A stretch of 64,000 nucleotides of DNA from a virus, in IMG/VR virus record IMGVR_UViG_3300043419_000459, positions 37,471-101,470 of that record. The stretch is one strand, 5' to 3'. The translations under genes were made by a program, and so were the position numbers. The notes below the pieces were generated by a model. The model worked only from the letters and a program-made list of their open reading frames with translations, was not told the origin of the DNA and made no database searches. Numbering within the stretch: the stretch's first letter is position 1; each line of letters starts with the position of its first letter. This document shows positions 28,203 through 37,963 of this stretch, piece by piece.

Positions 28203-29602
28203 GTTGTTTGTTTTTCGTAATCTAATTTAATTTTTTCGAATATTTCTTCAAAGCATTCATAACTTTCAAATGAATACATATGTTTTTGATTGTGTAATAA
28301 TATATCTTTTATAGAATAATACCATTCATGTATTTCTTCAATTGATTTATTTTTTAATTTTTCAATTTCTTTTTCTATCTTTGATATTCTAGCTTTCGGG
28401 TCTATTTCCAAATCGTAACTCTCATTTATAAATGGTTCAAATGTTTTAAATCCTAATCTTTTTAATTCTCTTAATGTTCCATAATCACCTAATACTACAA
28501 ATGGTTGTAGATTTGAAAGTGGTTTAAATATTTTTTCTGATAGGAATACGTTTCTACCAAAGAAAGTTTCGGTTACTAAATTTACATATGTTTCCGAATA
28601 CCAATCTTTTTTATTATTGGTTGCACCGAAATTAGTTTTTTCTAATTGAGAGAGTTTATGTGTGTCTAATTCATATGGTAAAATTGATTCTATTTTTTTT
28701 ATATATTCTTGATTTGGTTTTTCTATCAGTTTTGATATATGTGAATGTAGAATATTTTTATCAATTTTTTGTATAAATGAAAACTTACCATCAATTAGTA
28801 AATTATATTTTATTGCAAAATACGCCATAGATGCTCTGTGTTCTTTCGTCATAGTTTTATTATTACATAAAAACTTATGTGGTCTTATTTTATTTTCATT
28901 TAAATCCGTTTCTTCAACCAATTCACACATATATCCTAAATTACCAATCGTTGGAAATGATTTCATCATATCGGCATATCCTTTAATAAAGAGGTGGCCG
29001 TTATATATTTTTACTTTACTTTCGGTATGTTTTTCATAATACTCCTGGAAATTACTTCCCCCTAAAAAAATTATATTAGAACCATCTATTCCCAATTTAT
29101 TCATTTGTAATTCAAATTGACGAATATTGTAATCATCATATAATGGGTCGTGCATTAAACTAATTAGTATTTTTACTTTACCAGTTTTGATGTATTCTAT
29201 TAAATCAGCAGGTATTATATCTCTCAAATACCATTTATGTGTTTCACCATTTAATTCAAATCCATTGTGATTATTTAATGCACCCAATGTATCTTTGATT
29301 TCTAATGGATATATGTAAATAAAATCATTATCATTACTTATTTGATTTAATGATATTATATTATTTGGAAAATTTCTATTGAAATAATTTATTAATTCGG
29401 AATGGTCAAATTTTATTCCCTTTTCACCCTCACCATATTGTAGTATTTTATAAAAATCAATATTAAGATTATTTTTATAAATGTGTTGTATAAAGTTTTT
29501 GATTGCCGGGTGTATACCATTTCCAAATGGTTTTCTTTCACCATTTTGAATAAACCAGTCGGTATATATTATTTTAAATTTTGAACCGTTCATTTCTTCC
29601 AT
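28172..29602 (-). CDS. Putative GT-B glycosyltransferase (GT10-like motif), paralogue 2
   Basis: FLCNN...KEHR; LVTETFF..FLSEKIFKP...QPFVVLG...GFKTF.PFINESYD. Confidence 0.55.
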   Translation of the reverse strand: MEEMNGSKFKIIYTDWFIQNGERKPFGNGIHPAIKNFIQHIYKNNLNIDFYKILQYGEGEKGIKFDHSELINYFNRNFPNNIISLNQISNDNDFIYIYPLEIKDTLGALNNHNGFELNGETHKWYLRDIIPADLIEYIKTGKVKILISLMHDPLYDDYNIRQFELQMNKLGIDGSNIIFLGGSNFQEYYEKHTESKVKIYNGHLFIKGYADMMKSFPTIGNLGYMCELVEETDLNENKIRPHKFLCNNKTMTKEHRASMAYFAIKYNLLIDGKFSFIQKIDKNILHSHISKLIEKPNQEYIKKIESILPYELDTHKLSQLEKTNFGATNNKKDWYSETYVNLVTETFFGRNVFLSEKIFKPLSNLQPFVVLGDYGTLRELKRLGFKTFEPFINESYDLEIDPKARISKIEKEIEKLKNKSIEEIHEWYYSIKDILLHNQKHMYSFESYECFEEIFEKIKLDYEKQTTWNLQEKKLL

Positions 29603-29606
29603 AACC

Positions 29607-30599
29607 TTATTTTCTAATTATTTTTTTAGAATTGTCTCTTACATAATAATTATCGTGAAAAAAAATATCAAATAATTTTTCGTTTTTTATATAATCGTTT
29701 GTGCACATTAAATCGAAAAGATGGTCTGCGTATTCATATGATGTAGTTTTTTCATCAAAATTAGTTTCTAACATTTCTATTACAAATTGTTTAATACCAT
29801 TTATTATTTTCGTTTTTTCTTCAAAATATTGAATCGATGAATCTATATTTTCATTTATAAATCTATCATCAATTATGTCTACATAAGACCCAACTTTATC
29901 GGTAAAAATGGATTCAAAGAATATTATATTTTTTTGAAAATTTGTTTTGTAAAAATCATATAAACCTTTTACATCTTTTAAATTTTTATTTCCTTTGTAA
30001 TTGATATATCTGCCTTTTAATTGTAAATCAAAGGCTTTTTGAATATTATATTGAGTTGTACCCTGATATCCACTATCTATCATTACTACTTTCTTTTTAT
30101 CTCCGATTATGTTTTTAATATATTTACCATAATTTAATCTAACTCTTTGTGCATTGGTTAAAATATCACCAATATATTTGTTTAAATTTGGAATCTCTAA
30201 TGTAGTATCTATTTGATAATTTTCATTCGATTTAATACCAAATCTATCATTTAATAAATTTGATATTTTACCGGAATACCTATGCAATTCAAATGTTCTA
30301 TATACATCACTTTCTTCAAAAATAGATACAATGGTTGAAAGTTTTCTTGAAGTTTTAAAATAAACACTATCCGATAAATTGTATTTATTTTTAAAAATCT
30401 CGTATATTTCTTTTAAAAAATATCCTTCTCTAGAATTAAATAAAATTAATTCATCGGATTCTATTTCAGATTTCAACCAAATAAAAAAATTAAATAATAA
30501 GGGGCCTAAAAAAATATAACCCAATTCTTCGAATGATTTTGGGTTTTGTAAATCTTTATTTTTTAGTAATAATTTAGTATAATGGTCTATTGAATTCAT
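29607..30599 (-). CDS. Putative glycan phosphoribosyltransferase (ribofuranosyltransferase gPRT-like domain)
   Basis: GP...F..W, F.SREG, SR, IDSGYQGTTQ (PRTase-like loop). Confidence 0.5.
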   Translation of the reverse strand: MNSIDHYTKLLLKNKDLQNPKSFEELGYIFLGPLLFNFFIWLKSEIESDELILFNSREGYFLKEIYEIFKNKYNLSDSVYFKTSRKLSTIVSIFEESDVYRTFELHRYSGKISNLLNDRFGIKSNENYQIDTTLEIPNLNKYIGDILTNAQRVRLNYGKYIKNIIGDKKKVVMIDSGYQGTTQYNIQKAFDLQLKGRYINYKGNKNLKDVKGLYDFYKTNFQKNIIFFESIFTDKVGSYVDIIDDRFINENIDSSIQYFEEKTKIINGIKQFVIEMLETNFDEKTTSYEYADHLFDLMCTNDYIKNEKLFDIFFHDNYYVRDNSKKIIRK

Positions 30600-31036
30600 T
30601 AAATAACAAATACTTTAAAACATGGTACACCCATCTCAACCCACATATCGATTATGTTTTGTTCATCATCGTATGCACAAAATACATTTTCTTTTATTTC
30701 GGTTTCGTATATTTTTCTTTTGAATAGTGGTGCTTTTAAAAAATTATCTTCCCAACTTCTCATATATAATTTATCGTATTTTACATTATATTTTTCTAAC
30801 CACAATTCGGTTGCTTTTCTAGTTGATTCCGGCCTTCCTGTTAATATGATAACTTCAAAATTATTTTCCTTATATGTTTTTGCCAAATCTATCATTGGTA
30901 AATTTGGTTTATCGGATATAATATTTTTAAATTCGTGCACAAAATCCCAATCAATTTTTCCATTTTCTTTTTTTGCCAATTCAAATCTTTCATTTGCATT
31001 TGACAATGTATTATCTATGTCTATTATTACTTTCAT
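30599..31036 (-). CDS. HAD-superfamily phosphatase (T4 PseT/PNK phosphatase-like)
   Basis: DIDNTL, LTGR, LYMR, K, YDD motifs. Confidence 0.85.
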   Translation of the reverse strand: MKVIIDIDNTLSNANERFELAKKENGKIDWDFVHEFKNIISDKPNLPMIDLAKTYKENNFEVIILTGRPESTRKATELWLEKYNVKYDKLYMRSWEDNFLKAPLFKRKIYETEIKENVFCAYDDEQNIIDMWVEMGVPCFKVFVI

Positions 31037-32238
31037 AAATCTCTTAATCCTTGTTTTTCATAACTAACAGGTATTTTAATTCCCGTATTACATCCATTAC
31101 AATTGTCACAAAATGTAATATATCCCAAATCAGTATAACCTAAATCAAATTTTAATAATTCTTCTTTTGAAATCGTATGGATGTCTAAATAATCATTTTC
31201 ATTTAGTGGAAATAGTTTCGTTCTAACGGCCGATGTGTTTAGGTGGCAATAGTAAAATTTACCATCATTCAATCCTCTAAATGGTGCAGTACATTTGTCA
31301 AAGTGATTTATTAATTCATCGGTTGTTCTACCCACCTTTATTCTCAAATCACCAAAATCATACCATTCAATTTCATTTCTAACATAGTGGTTAATATTGT
31401 TTTCTTTGTATGCATCTAATACTTTAACTACTTTCTTTTTTATATTTTCTAATTTGTCAGTATAATCACTTACACTTAAAATAATGGGATTTGTTTTTAG
31501 AACGTCAATCATACTTTGTTTTGGTAAAATTGTACCATTTGTAGTAATGATTAACTTATCAATTCTATCAATATAGTTATCAATTATATGTCTAACAACA
31601 CCTTCTATGTTTGGATATAAGAATGGTTCACCACCAACTAAATGGAAAACGCTTACATAATCTACTACACCAAAAAAAGAATCTATGTCGTAAATTATCG
31701 TATCCAATTCTCTATGTATTGGTGCCTCAAAATGTGGCATAAACATATTACAATGAGAACAATTCAATGTACACTTTTCGGTAACTAACACATCCGTTTG
31801 ATAAATGTGAACTTTATTTTTATGTTTGTATGGCCATATAGAAACTATATGTTTATACCAAGTCCATTTTATATTTTTTTCTTCTAAAAAAGATTTATAT
31901 TTTTGTTTAAATACATCACTCGTAATTATCACTTGTGTATTTTTATCAAATTCAAAATCATCTATGTGAATTAATTTTAAATCTTTTCTATTTGTCTTAA
32001 TATATTTTGATTGATGATATGCTGAACTAATTTCATTTATATTATTTATCGTTTCTGTATTTTTTATATCATGGTCTACTATGTATTTTATTTTTAATAC
32101 ACCCTCACCCATTAAATGGTCAATACTTCTAATAAATTGTATACACTCTTTACTTGCACCAAATAAAACATATTCAGTTTTTAAGTTCCAATCTTTGACA
32201 AACTTATCAAAATTATGCAATTCTTCATTATATAACAT
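31033..32238 (-). CDS. Radical SAM enzyme with N-terminal Rossmann-like domain
   Basis: CTLNCSHC, GGEPFL, TTNGT; C-terminal Cys cluster (C..YYC..CDNCNGC). Confidence 0.85.
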   Translation of the reverse strand: MLYNEELHNFDKFVKDWNLKTEYVLFGASKECIQFIRSIDHLMGEGVLKIKYIVDHDIKNTETINNINEISSAYHQSKYIKTNRKDLKLIHIDDFEFDKNTQVIITSDVFKQKYKSFLEEKNIKWTWYKHIVSIWPYKHKNKVHIYQTDVLVTEKCTLNCSHCNMFMPHFEAPIHRELDTIIYDIDSFFGVVDYVSVFHLVGGEPFLYPNIEGVVRHIIDNYIDRIDKLIITTNGTILPKQSMIDVLKTNPIILSVSDYTDKLENIKKKVVKVLDAYKENNINHYVRNEIEWYDFGDLRIKVGRTTDELINHFDKCTAPFRGLNDGKFYYCHLNTSAVRTKLFPLNENDYLDIHTISKEELLKFDLGYTDLGYITFCDNCNGCNTGIKIPVSYEKQGLRDL

Positions 32239-32239
32239 A

Positions 32240-32878
32240 CTAAAATACTACCCACTTACCACTTCCGTAATGCGGGAATTTTGATTTATAAGTGTAATGA
32301 ATCACATCGGATGGAATTTCTCTTTTTTTATTCCAAGTTGCTTCGGTTGGTGTGTAAGTTGAAACATTATTATCTTCTACAACAAATACAATCGGTAAAT
32401 CAAAGTTTCTAGCGTATTTATGGACTTCATAGAATATACCACTTTCAAATGACATATCACCTATGAATACAAATACTTTTTCATCACTACCTCTTTCTTT
32501 TATTCCCATTGCAACTCCCAATGCAATTGATAGAGTACCTCCCACAATGGCAGAAGCATAGAATTTTGAGTCGATATCACAGAGAGTTATAGATTTACCA
32601 TCCAATATTAAACCCTCCGCATAATCTGCTGAAATACCTTTTAATAACCAATGGTAATGAGAACGCCACGTACTAAATACCCAATCGGTTTCTTTAACTC
32701 TTTTGAATATTTCAATCAGCTGTTCTTCATTTCCATTTGATAGATGTATAGGGCCTCTAATCTTACCACTCTCCCATAGATTAACAATATTTTGTTCAAA
32801 TCTAATTAGTTTTTCCGGTGTCCATCCAATTTCTATTTGATTTCTTACTATTGGATATTGCTCTAAATTTTGTATCAT
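32240..32878 (-). CDS. TPP-dependent enzyme alpha subunit (PDH E1-alpha-like), short form
   Basis: GPIHLS.GNE, TWRSH, IVGG...A.G, GD...E...VVEDNN TPP-binding motif. Confidence 0.85.
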   Translation of the reverse strand: MIQNLEQYPIVRNQIEIGWTPEKLIRFEQNIVNLWESGKIRGPIHLSNGNEEQLIEIFKRVKETDWVFSTWRSHYHWLLKGISADYAEGLILDGKSITLCDIDSKFYASAIVGGTLSIALGVAMGIKERGSDEKVFVFIGDMSFESGIFYEVHKYARNFDLPIVFVVEDNNVSTYTPTEATWNKKREIPSDVIHYTYKSKFPHYGSGKWVVF

Positions 32879-33414
32879 TATCTGTCTCTTTTTTGTAATA
32901 TTGGTTTATCGGTTGGCCATTCCATTTGATATTCTGGGTCATTCCACTTAACAACTCCCTGCTCATCTGCATCTACATAACCATCTTTGTAGAATAAGTT
33001 ATAGTGAAACATACAATCGGTTAATGCGTAATGCCCGTTTGCAAATCCTGGCGGAATTAAAACTTGGTTTCTCAATCTCTCACTTATAATATAACTTTCC
33101 CATTCACCATATGTGTTGGATGTTGGTCTTACATCTAAAACAACTAAGTAGATATCACCAACAGCCGCCTGTACCAACTTCCATGTCTTTTTATCCCAAT
33201 GTAATCCTCTCAGCACACCTTTGTATGAACGAGAAAATCTACCATGTATTTCACACCCGTCGCTCACATAATTCATTACAGGATGTTCTTTTGAATGAAA
33301 GGTTGTAAATATTTCACCTCTATATTCTCTAAACACAGATGGTTGAAATTGTGGTACTTCTATACCAAATTTTTTTGATGGAGTAATTTGAAACTCATCC
33401 CATTTACTACTCAT
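32878..33414 (-). CDS. rmlC: dTDP-4-dehydrorhamnose 3,5-epimerase family (cupin)
   Basis: RG..F, S.KGVLRGLH, V.LD.R..S.TYG.W, IPPGFANGH, WNDP...WP...LQ.RD. Confidence 0.85.
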   Translation of the reverse strand: MSSKWDEFQITPSKKFGIEVPQFQPSVFREYRGEIFTTFHSKEHPVMNYVSDGCEIHGRFSRSYKGVLRGLHWDKKTWKLVQAAVGDIYLVVLDVRPTSNTYGEWESYIISERLRNQVLIPPGFANGHYALTDCMFHYNLFYKDGYVDADEQGVVKWNDPEYQMEWPTDKPILQKRDR

Positions 33415-33415
33415 A

Positions 33416-34387
33416 TTATGTTTGATTTGCGTAACCTAAAGGAAAACCATTTCTAAATTCTGCACCCATTTTTGGAACTATCATTTGATATGCTTGAATT
33501 AATTCTTCTATTCCTCTATCCAAATCCCACTCAGGTTTCCAACCAGTTGATTCTATTTTTTCATTGGATACTATATAGTTTCTTTTATCTGGGTCTTCAT
33601 AATAATCATCATATACTACTGCGAAATCTTTTACATGAGTTTGTATTTTTTCTAATAACTCTTGCTTTGAAAGATTTGCGTCACTCAATCCAATGTTGAA
33701 AATTTCATTTTTATATTTGTCATAATTTTGTAACATAAATAAAAATGCAGCGGCAACGTCTCTAATATGAATAAAATTTCTTTTAAATGTTTTTTCAAAT
33801 ACCACAATATATTTGTCAGTAATTGCTTTGTATGTGAAATCATTTACCAGTAAATCCGTTCTCATTCTATTGGACACACCAAACACCGTTGCTAATCTAA
33901 ATGTAATTGCGTCTGTACAATTTCTTAAAAAGTTTTCTGCATCACATTTTGTTTGTCCATAAACTGATATTGGTGTGAGTGGGGATTCTTCCGTGCATTC
34001 CAATTGACCTATACCCAATCCATATCCACTATTTGTATTTGGATATAAAATCTTTTTTCCTTTACCATTTGTAAATCTAACAATATTTACGATTTGGTCA
34101 AAATTAATTTCTTTTGCTAGTTTTGGGTCTGCTGCACATGCAGGAAATCCTACTATTGCTGCAAGTGGTATTATTACATCGACCTCATTGCAAAGTTTTT
34201 CTAATAATCTTTCATTACGAACATCTCCATGAATAAATTTAAATTTAGGATTATGCGTATACGATAATAAAGATGTTTGATTAAATATTAGTTTATCTAA
34301 TACAATAACCTCATATCCAACATTTAACATTGTTTCAGTAATTACCGAACCCAAATAACCGGCACCACCTGTGATGAGTATTTTCAT
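33416..34387 (-). CDS. NAD-dependent nucleotide-sugar epimerase/dehydratase (SDR)
   Basis: TGGAGYLG, LAAIVG.PAC, YGQTK catalytic motif, RLATVFG.S.RMR.DLLVN. Confidence 0.9.
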   Translation of the reverse strand: MKILITGGAGYLGSVITETMLNVGYEVIVLDKLIFNQTSLLSYTHNPKFKFIHGDVRNERLLEKLCNEVDVIIPLAAIVGFPACAADPKLAKEINFDQIVNIVRFTNGKGKKILYPNTNSGYGLGIGQLECTEESPLTPISVYGQTKCDAENFLRNCTDAITFRLATVFGVSNRMRTDLLVNDFTYKAITDKYIVVFEKTFKRNFIHIRDVAAAFLFMLQNYDKYKNEIFNIGLSDANLSKQELLEKIQTHVKDFAVVYDDYYEDPDKRNYIVSNEKIESTGWKPEWDLDRGIEELIQAYQMIVPKMGAEFRNGFPLGYANQT

Positions 34388-34396
34388 AACTTTTGT

Positions 34397-35146
34397 TTAA
34401 AAATAAATATTATCTTCTATATAAATTTGTGGATAATTACCACTAAATGTCATATCCCAAATTTTGTATTTAGTATGATTTTCAAAATCACAAAAAAATG
34501 CAAAATTATCTTTTAGTTCAAAATCATCTTTTAACTTCCTTACATTATCAAACATTTCAATTGTGTATAATTTTTTATAATTTTCAAAAATATCATTAAC
34601 TTTACTTATGTCTATTTTTTTATTTAATAAAAATGATAATTGATAATCGAAATCACCAATGTGTCTGTGTTCTTCTGGAGACATCATAGAACCACATCCG
34701 AACCAATAAAATGTATTTTCATATTTATGTCTCTCACATTTTTTGTAATATATGGTATCTATATATTTACCATTTAAGTAACAATAAATTTCTTTTTCCG
34801 TTTCATCGCAAATCATTAGTATTTCTTGAAAATTATCTATCGTATCTTCTTCAATTTTGTGTGATATGCTTTTATATTGGTTTTCACCATTTTCATCTAT
34901 TATCCACCAACTATATACTATATGTAAAAAACCATCTAAATCTTTATATATACTTAATCCGGAATGCATTCCATTTCTTGCAAAAATATAATACTCTTTA
35001 TCGTTTTCAAATTCTTTATGATTAATTTTTACATTTACATATAATGTAAAATCATCGGACATATATCCATCTATTTTTTTAGAAACGGAATATCTGTCCT
35101 CAGGTAATATACAAAATATATTATCTTTATTTATTCTTAAACTCAT
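34397..35146 (-). CDS. LamG/concanavalin-A-like domain protein
   Basis: DFT..V, YLNG, D.T.SGN pattern resembling the LamG inserts of the adjacent GT7s; start taken at the ATGA overlap (35146). Confidence 0.5.
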   Translation of the reverse strand: MSLRINKDNIFCILPEDRYSVSKKIDGYMSDDFTLYVNVKINHKEFENDKEYYIFARNGMHSGLSIYKDLDGFLHIVYSWWIIDENGENQYKSISHKIEEDTIDNFQEILMICDETEKEIYCYLNGKYIDTIYYKKCERHKYENTFYWFGCGSMMSPEEHRHIGDFDYQLSFLLNKKIDISKVNDIFENYKKLYTIEMFDNVRKLKDDFELKDNFAFFCDFENHTKYKIWDMTFSGNYPQIYIEDNIYF

Positions 35147-36552
35147 ATTTTTATAGTTGAACAAAAGTTATAAAATTCTTCTAATTCTGGGAAAGTGGAC
35201 ACAAAATCCGTTCCTCTTCTCTTATCATGTTCTGAAAAATATTTATAAAAATTATATCTATTTTTCATTTGTTGTTGTGTATCTTGTGGTGCTACCATCC
35301 AATCATAAATTCTTTTTACTTTTTGAACTTCAACATCTGCGTATCCTATATGAGTGTGGTCAAATGAAGGTGATGCATAATATGTTATCAATTTGGTTTG
35401 ATTTAAAATATTATTTGAAAAGTTATATGGTAAAATTTGAACCGTTTGGTGTTGAGGGTGTCTTAAATAAGATGAATCCAAAAATACGGCCGAATTCCAA
35501 TATCTATCTGTTGATGCATATTCGGTTTTTAAACCGTATACATTGTGAATTAGTTTATCATAATTAAATACCGACAATGCGTTGTATGTTGCCATAAATG
35601 TAACTACAACTCTAGGACATAATGTTAATATTTTATTTACATTATTCCAAAAACGATTAAATTCTAATCCAGTTCTAATATATTCGGCTTGCTTACCCCA
35701 AGTATCGGTTGAAGTAAATATTACAATTTCTTTAACTCTACCTTCATCTTCAATTCTTCTTATTTTTTCAATAAACTTATCAACTAAATTGTCAGGTACA
35801 CCCAAATTTGAATTGATTGCTAGTTTTAATTCTCTATTTGGATTTGGATGTTCTATTATATAATCCAAAACTCCCCAAGTATCTTTTGACATTAAAGGTT
35901 CACCGCCGGTAATTCTAAATGTATGCAAATCTCTATACAATTCAGGCCACCATTTCCAAAATGCTTCTACATATGGATTATGTTCTCTATGTGGTATTGG
36001 ATTCTTATCTTCGGTTTTTAACCAATCGGTGGAATTAAAACTATCTAAAGTTGGATATGCACCAAATTTATCAATTTCTTCCATCCACTTAGAACTATAT
36101 GCGGGCCCACAATATGAACATTTAAAATTACAAGCATTACTAAATGCAACTTCTACATATTTTGGATTATAATCTTCTCTCCAATCTGAATTGAAAATTT
36201 CTTCTTTAAATGGATATGACCAACTTTCACCTGATTTAAATATTCTATCACTAAATCTATCGGAATTATCTTCCACATTCCAACAATAATCACACTCTTC
36301 AGGCCTTGCACCCTGTAACATTTCCTTTCTGCGTAATTTTTTGTATCTACTATTGTGTAGTGCAGATGGATTCCTAGCTATTTCTGTTTGGGAAATTTTA
36401 TGAGTTTTTGGGTGATGACAACTATGATTATGTCCACTTTGTAATTGCAAAGTTACTTGTGTCCATTTGGCCAAACACATTCCCTTACCAATCGAATCTA
36501 ATTCTTCTTTGACATTTAGATAAATTGGATTTTCAAATTTTTTATCACTCAT
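35143..36552 (-). CDS. Radical SAM enzyme with N-terminal twitch/SPASM-like domain
   Basis: C...W...SCHH...C.YCW; CNFKCSYC; TGGEPL. Confidence 0.85.
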   Translation of the reverse strand: MSDKKFENPIYLNVKEELDSIGKGMCLAKWTQVTLQLQSGHNHSCHHPKTHKISQTEIARNPSALHNSRYKKLRRKEMLQGARPEECDYCWNVEDNSDRFSDRIFKSGESWSYPFKEEIFNSDWREDYNPKYVEVAFSNACNFKCSYCGPAYSSKWMEEIDKFGAYPTLDSFNSTDWLKTEDKNPIPHREHNPYVEAFWKWWPELYRDLHTFRITGGEPLMSKDTWGVLDYIIEHPNPNRELKLAINSNLGVPDNLVDKFIEKIRRIEDEGRVKEIVIFTSTDTWGKQAEYIRTGLEFNRFWNNVNKILTLCPRVVVTFMATYNALSVFNYDKLIHNVYGLKTEYASTDRYWNSAVFLDSSYLRHPQHQTVQILPYNFSNNILNQTKLITYYASPSFDHTHIGYADVEVQKVKRIYDWMVAPQDTQQQMKNRYNFYKYFSEHDKRRGTDFVSTFPELEEFYNFCSTIKI

Positions 36553-37963
36553 AACTTTTTGTTTTTACATTAATCATTTTGTGTCTGTTATAAATAGTAT
36601 CAATTGATAAAAGTTCGTAATTCATATTATTTATACCATCATTCTTATAATCAATTTCACCTTGTTGCATTTTTAAAATATATCTTCTTTCATTTCTCGC
36701 AGTAGTTTCACCCTTTGCCCACTTATCTATACCACCTTCATTTATCAATCCTTCCGTTTGGTGAGGTAAACATCTAAATTTACCATCTCTTCGAAATGGT
36801 AATATGGTGTGTGGTATTTCTATTTTTTCTTTTTTTAATTCTACATTTTCAAAATCACCAAATTCTAAATTCATAGTAAAAATATCTAATACTAAATTAT
36901 CTTCAGGAGTTTCTTTATGTATGTTTTTAATTTCTTTTGGAGTTAAACACCTATCCCACATTTGTATACTTGCAACACCACCTTTGAAAAAAGACTCAAC
37001 AGGTGATTTTGAATATCCCACATAAAATGGTTCCATACCATATCTTTTAAGTGGTTCTGTATATGATAGTGGTGATTGTGTTCCTGTTCCTAATCTTGCA
37101 TCACTTTCTCTACCATTTAAGTAGAAATGTATTTTTTGGTTTTCCGCATCTACTGCCATTGTAATCCAACTCCATTGATTTTCATATCTTTTAATCCATT
37201 GATATAAATGTCCTTTCATTCTATCCCAAAGTTGCATTGTATATGCTCTACTATTATTAAAAGATAATCCCCAATCGTATCCTGGTTTTCTAAATATTGG
37301 GTATTCCATAAATTGTCTATTAGTATCACCGATTAACCAAATAGGAACTTTTTCAATTTGTTGTTCTGCTTTTACTAAAATCGAAACAGTATGAGATTCC
37401 GATATACAACTCTTTTGCTCTCTTGATGGTCTGAATTGAATTTTTGAATCTATACCATTAAAATATGCAACATATTTTTCTTCATTAAAATCTAATTTGG
37501 TTTTTTCAGCATATCCTTCCATTACACATCTCCAAAATAAATCATCATCTTCCATACCCCAATCCCAATAATCATTTGAGTAACCATTGGTTTTTTCTAC
37601 TTGTTCCTTTGAAAATATAACAGCACCACCAAAGTATTCTTCATACTTTAATTGATAATCGGATTGAGAAATACGAACTGCAATATGTTGTGGGTTTCCT
37701 TCCGGAAATGAATAATCACAACTATCATCTTCCGGTACCATATCAATATCATGCCATACAATGTAATCACATCCGTCATTGAATGCATGTTTAGCGGCAA
37801 TATTCTTCATTAAACCTCTATTGAAAAGTTTATCGTCACATTGGTGTGCTAAATAAATTGTATGTTCAATTCCTTTTTCTTCTAAGAATTTACTAACATG
37901 GGGAACAAATATATTCATATGTTCCTCTCTATTTCTATATGGTACGCATACTCCTAATTTCAT
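36545..37963 (-). CDS. GT7 (beta-1,4-galactosyltransferase-like) with inserted LamG-like domain
   Basis: VPYRNR, FNRG, HDID, YFGG, NGYSNDYWDWGMEDDD. Confidence 0.85.
   Translation of the reverse strand: MKLGVCVPYRNREEHMNIFVPHVSKFLEEKGIEHTIYLAHQCDDKLFNRGLMKNIAAKHAFNDGCDYIVWHDIDMVPEDDSCDYSFPEGNPQHIAVRISQSDYQLKYEEYFGGAVIFSKEQVEKTNGYSNDYWDWGMEDDDLFWRCVMEGYAEKTKLDFNEEKYVAYFNGIDSKIQFRPSREQKSCISESHTVSILVKAEQQIEKVPIWLIGDTNRQFMEYPIFRKPGYDWGLSFNNSRAYTMQLWDRMKGHLYQWIKRYENQWSWITMAVDAENQKIHFYLNGRESDARLGTGTQSPLSYTEPLKRYGMEPFYVGYSKSPVESFFKGGVASIQMWDRCLTPKEIKNIHKETPEDNLVLDIFTMNLEFGDFENVELKKEKIEIPHTILPFRRDGKFRCLPHQTEGLINEGGIDKWAKGETTARNERRYILKMQQGEIDYKNDGINNMNYELLSIDTIYNRHKMINVKTKSYE

Noticed and set aside
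23628-32878. Pyruvate dehydrogenase as a central-metabolism auxiliary gene
   Set aside because: Subunits are truncated, no E2/E3 is present in the window, and the context is nucleotide-sugar biosynthesis
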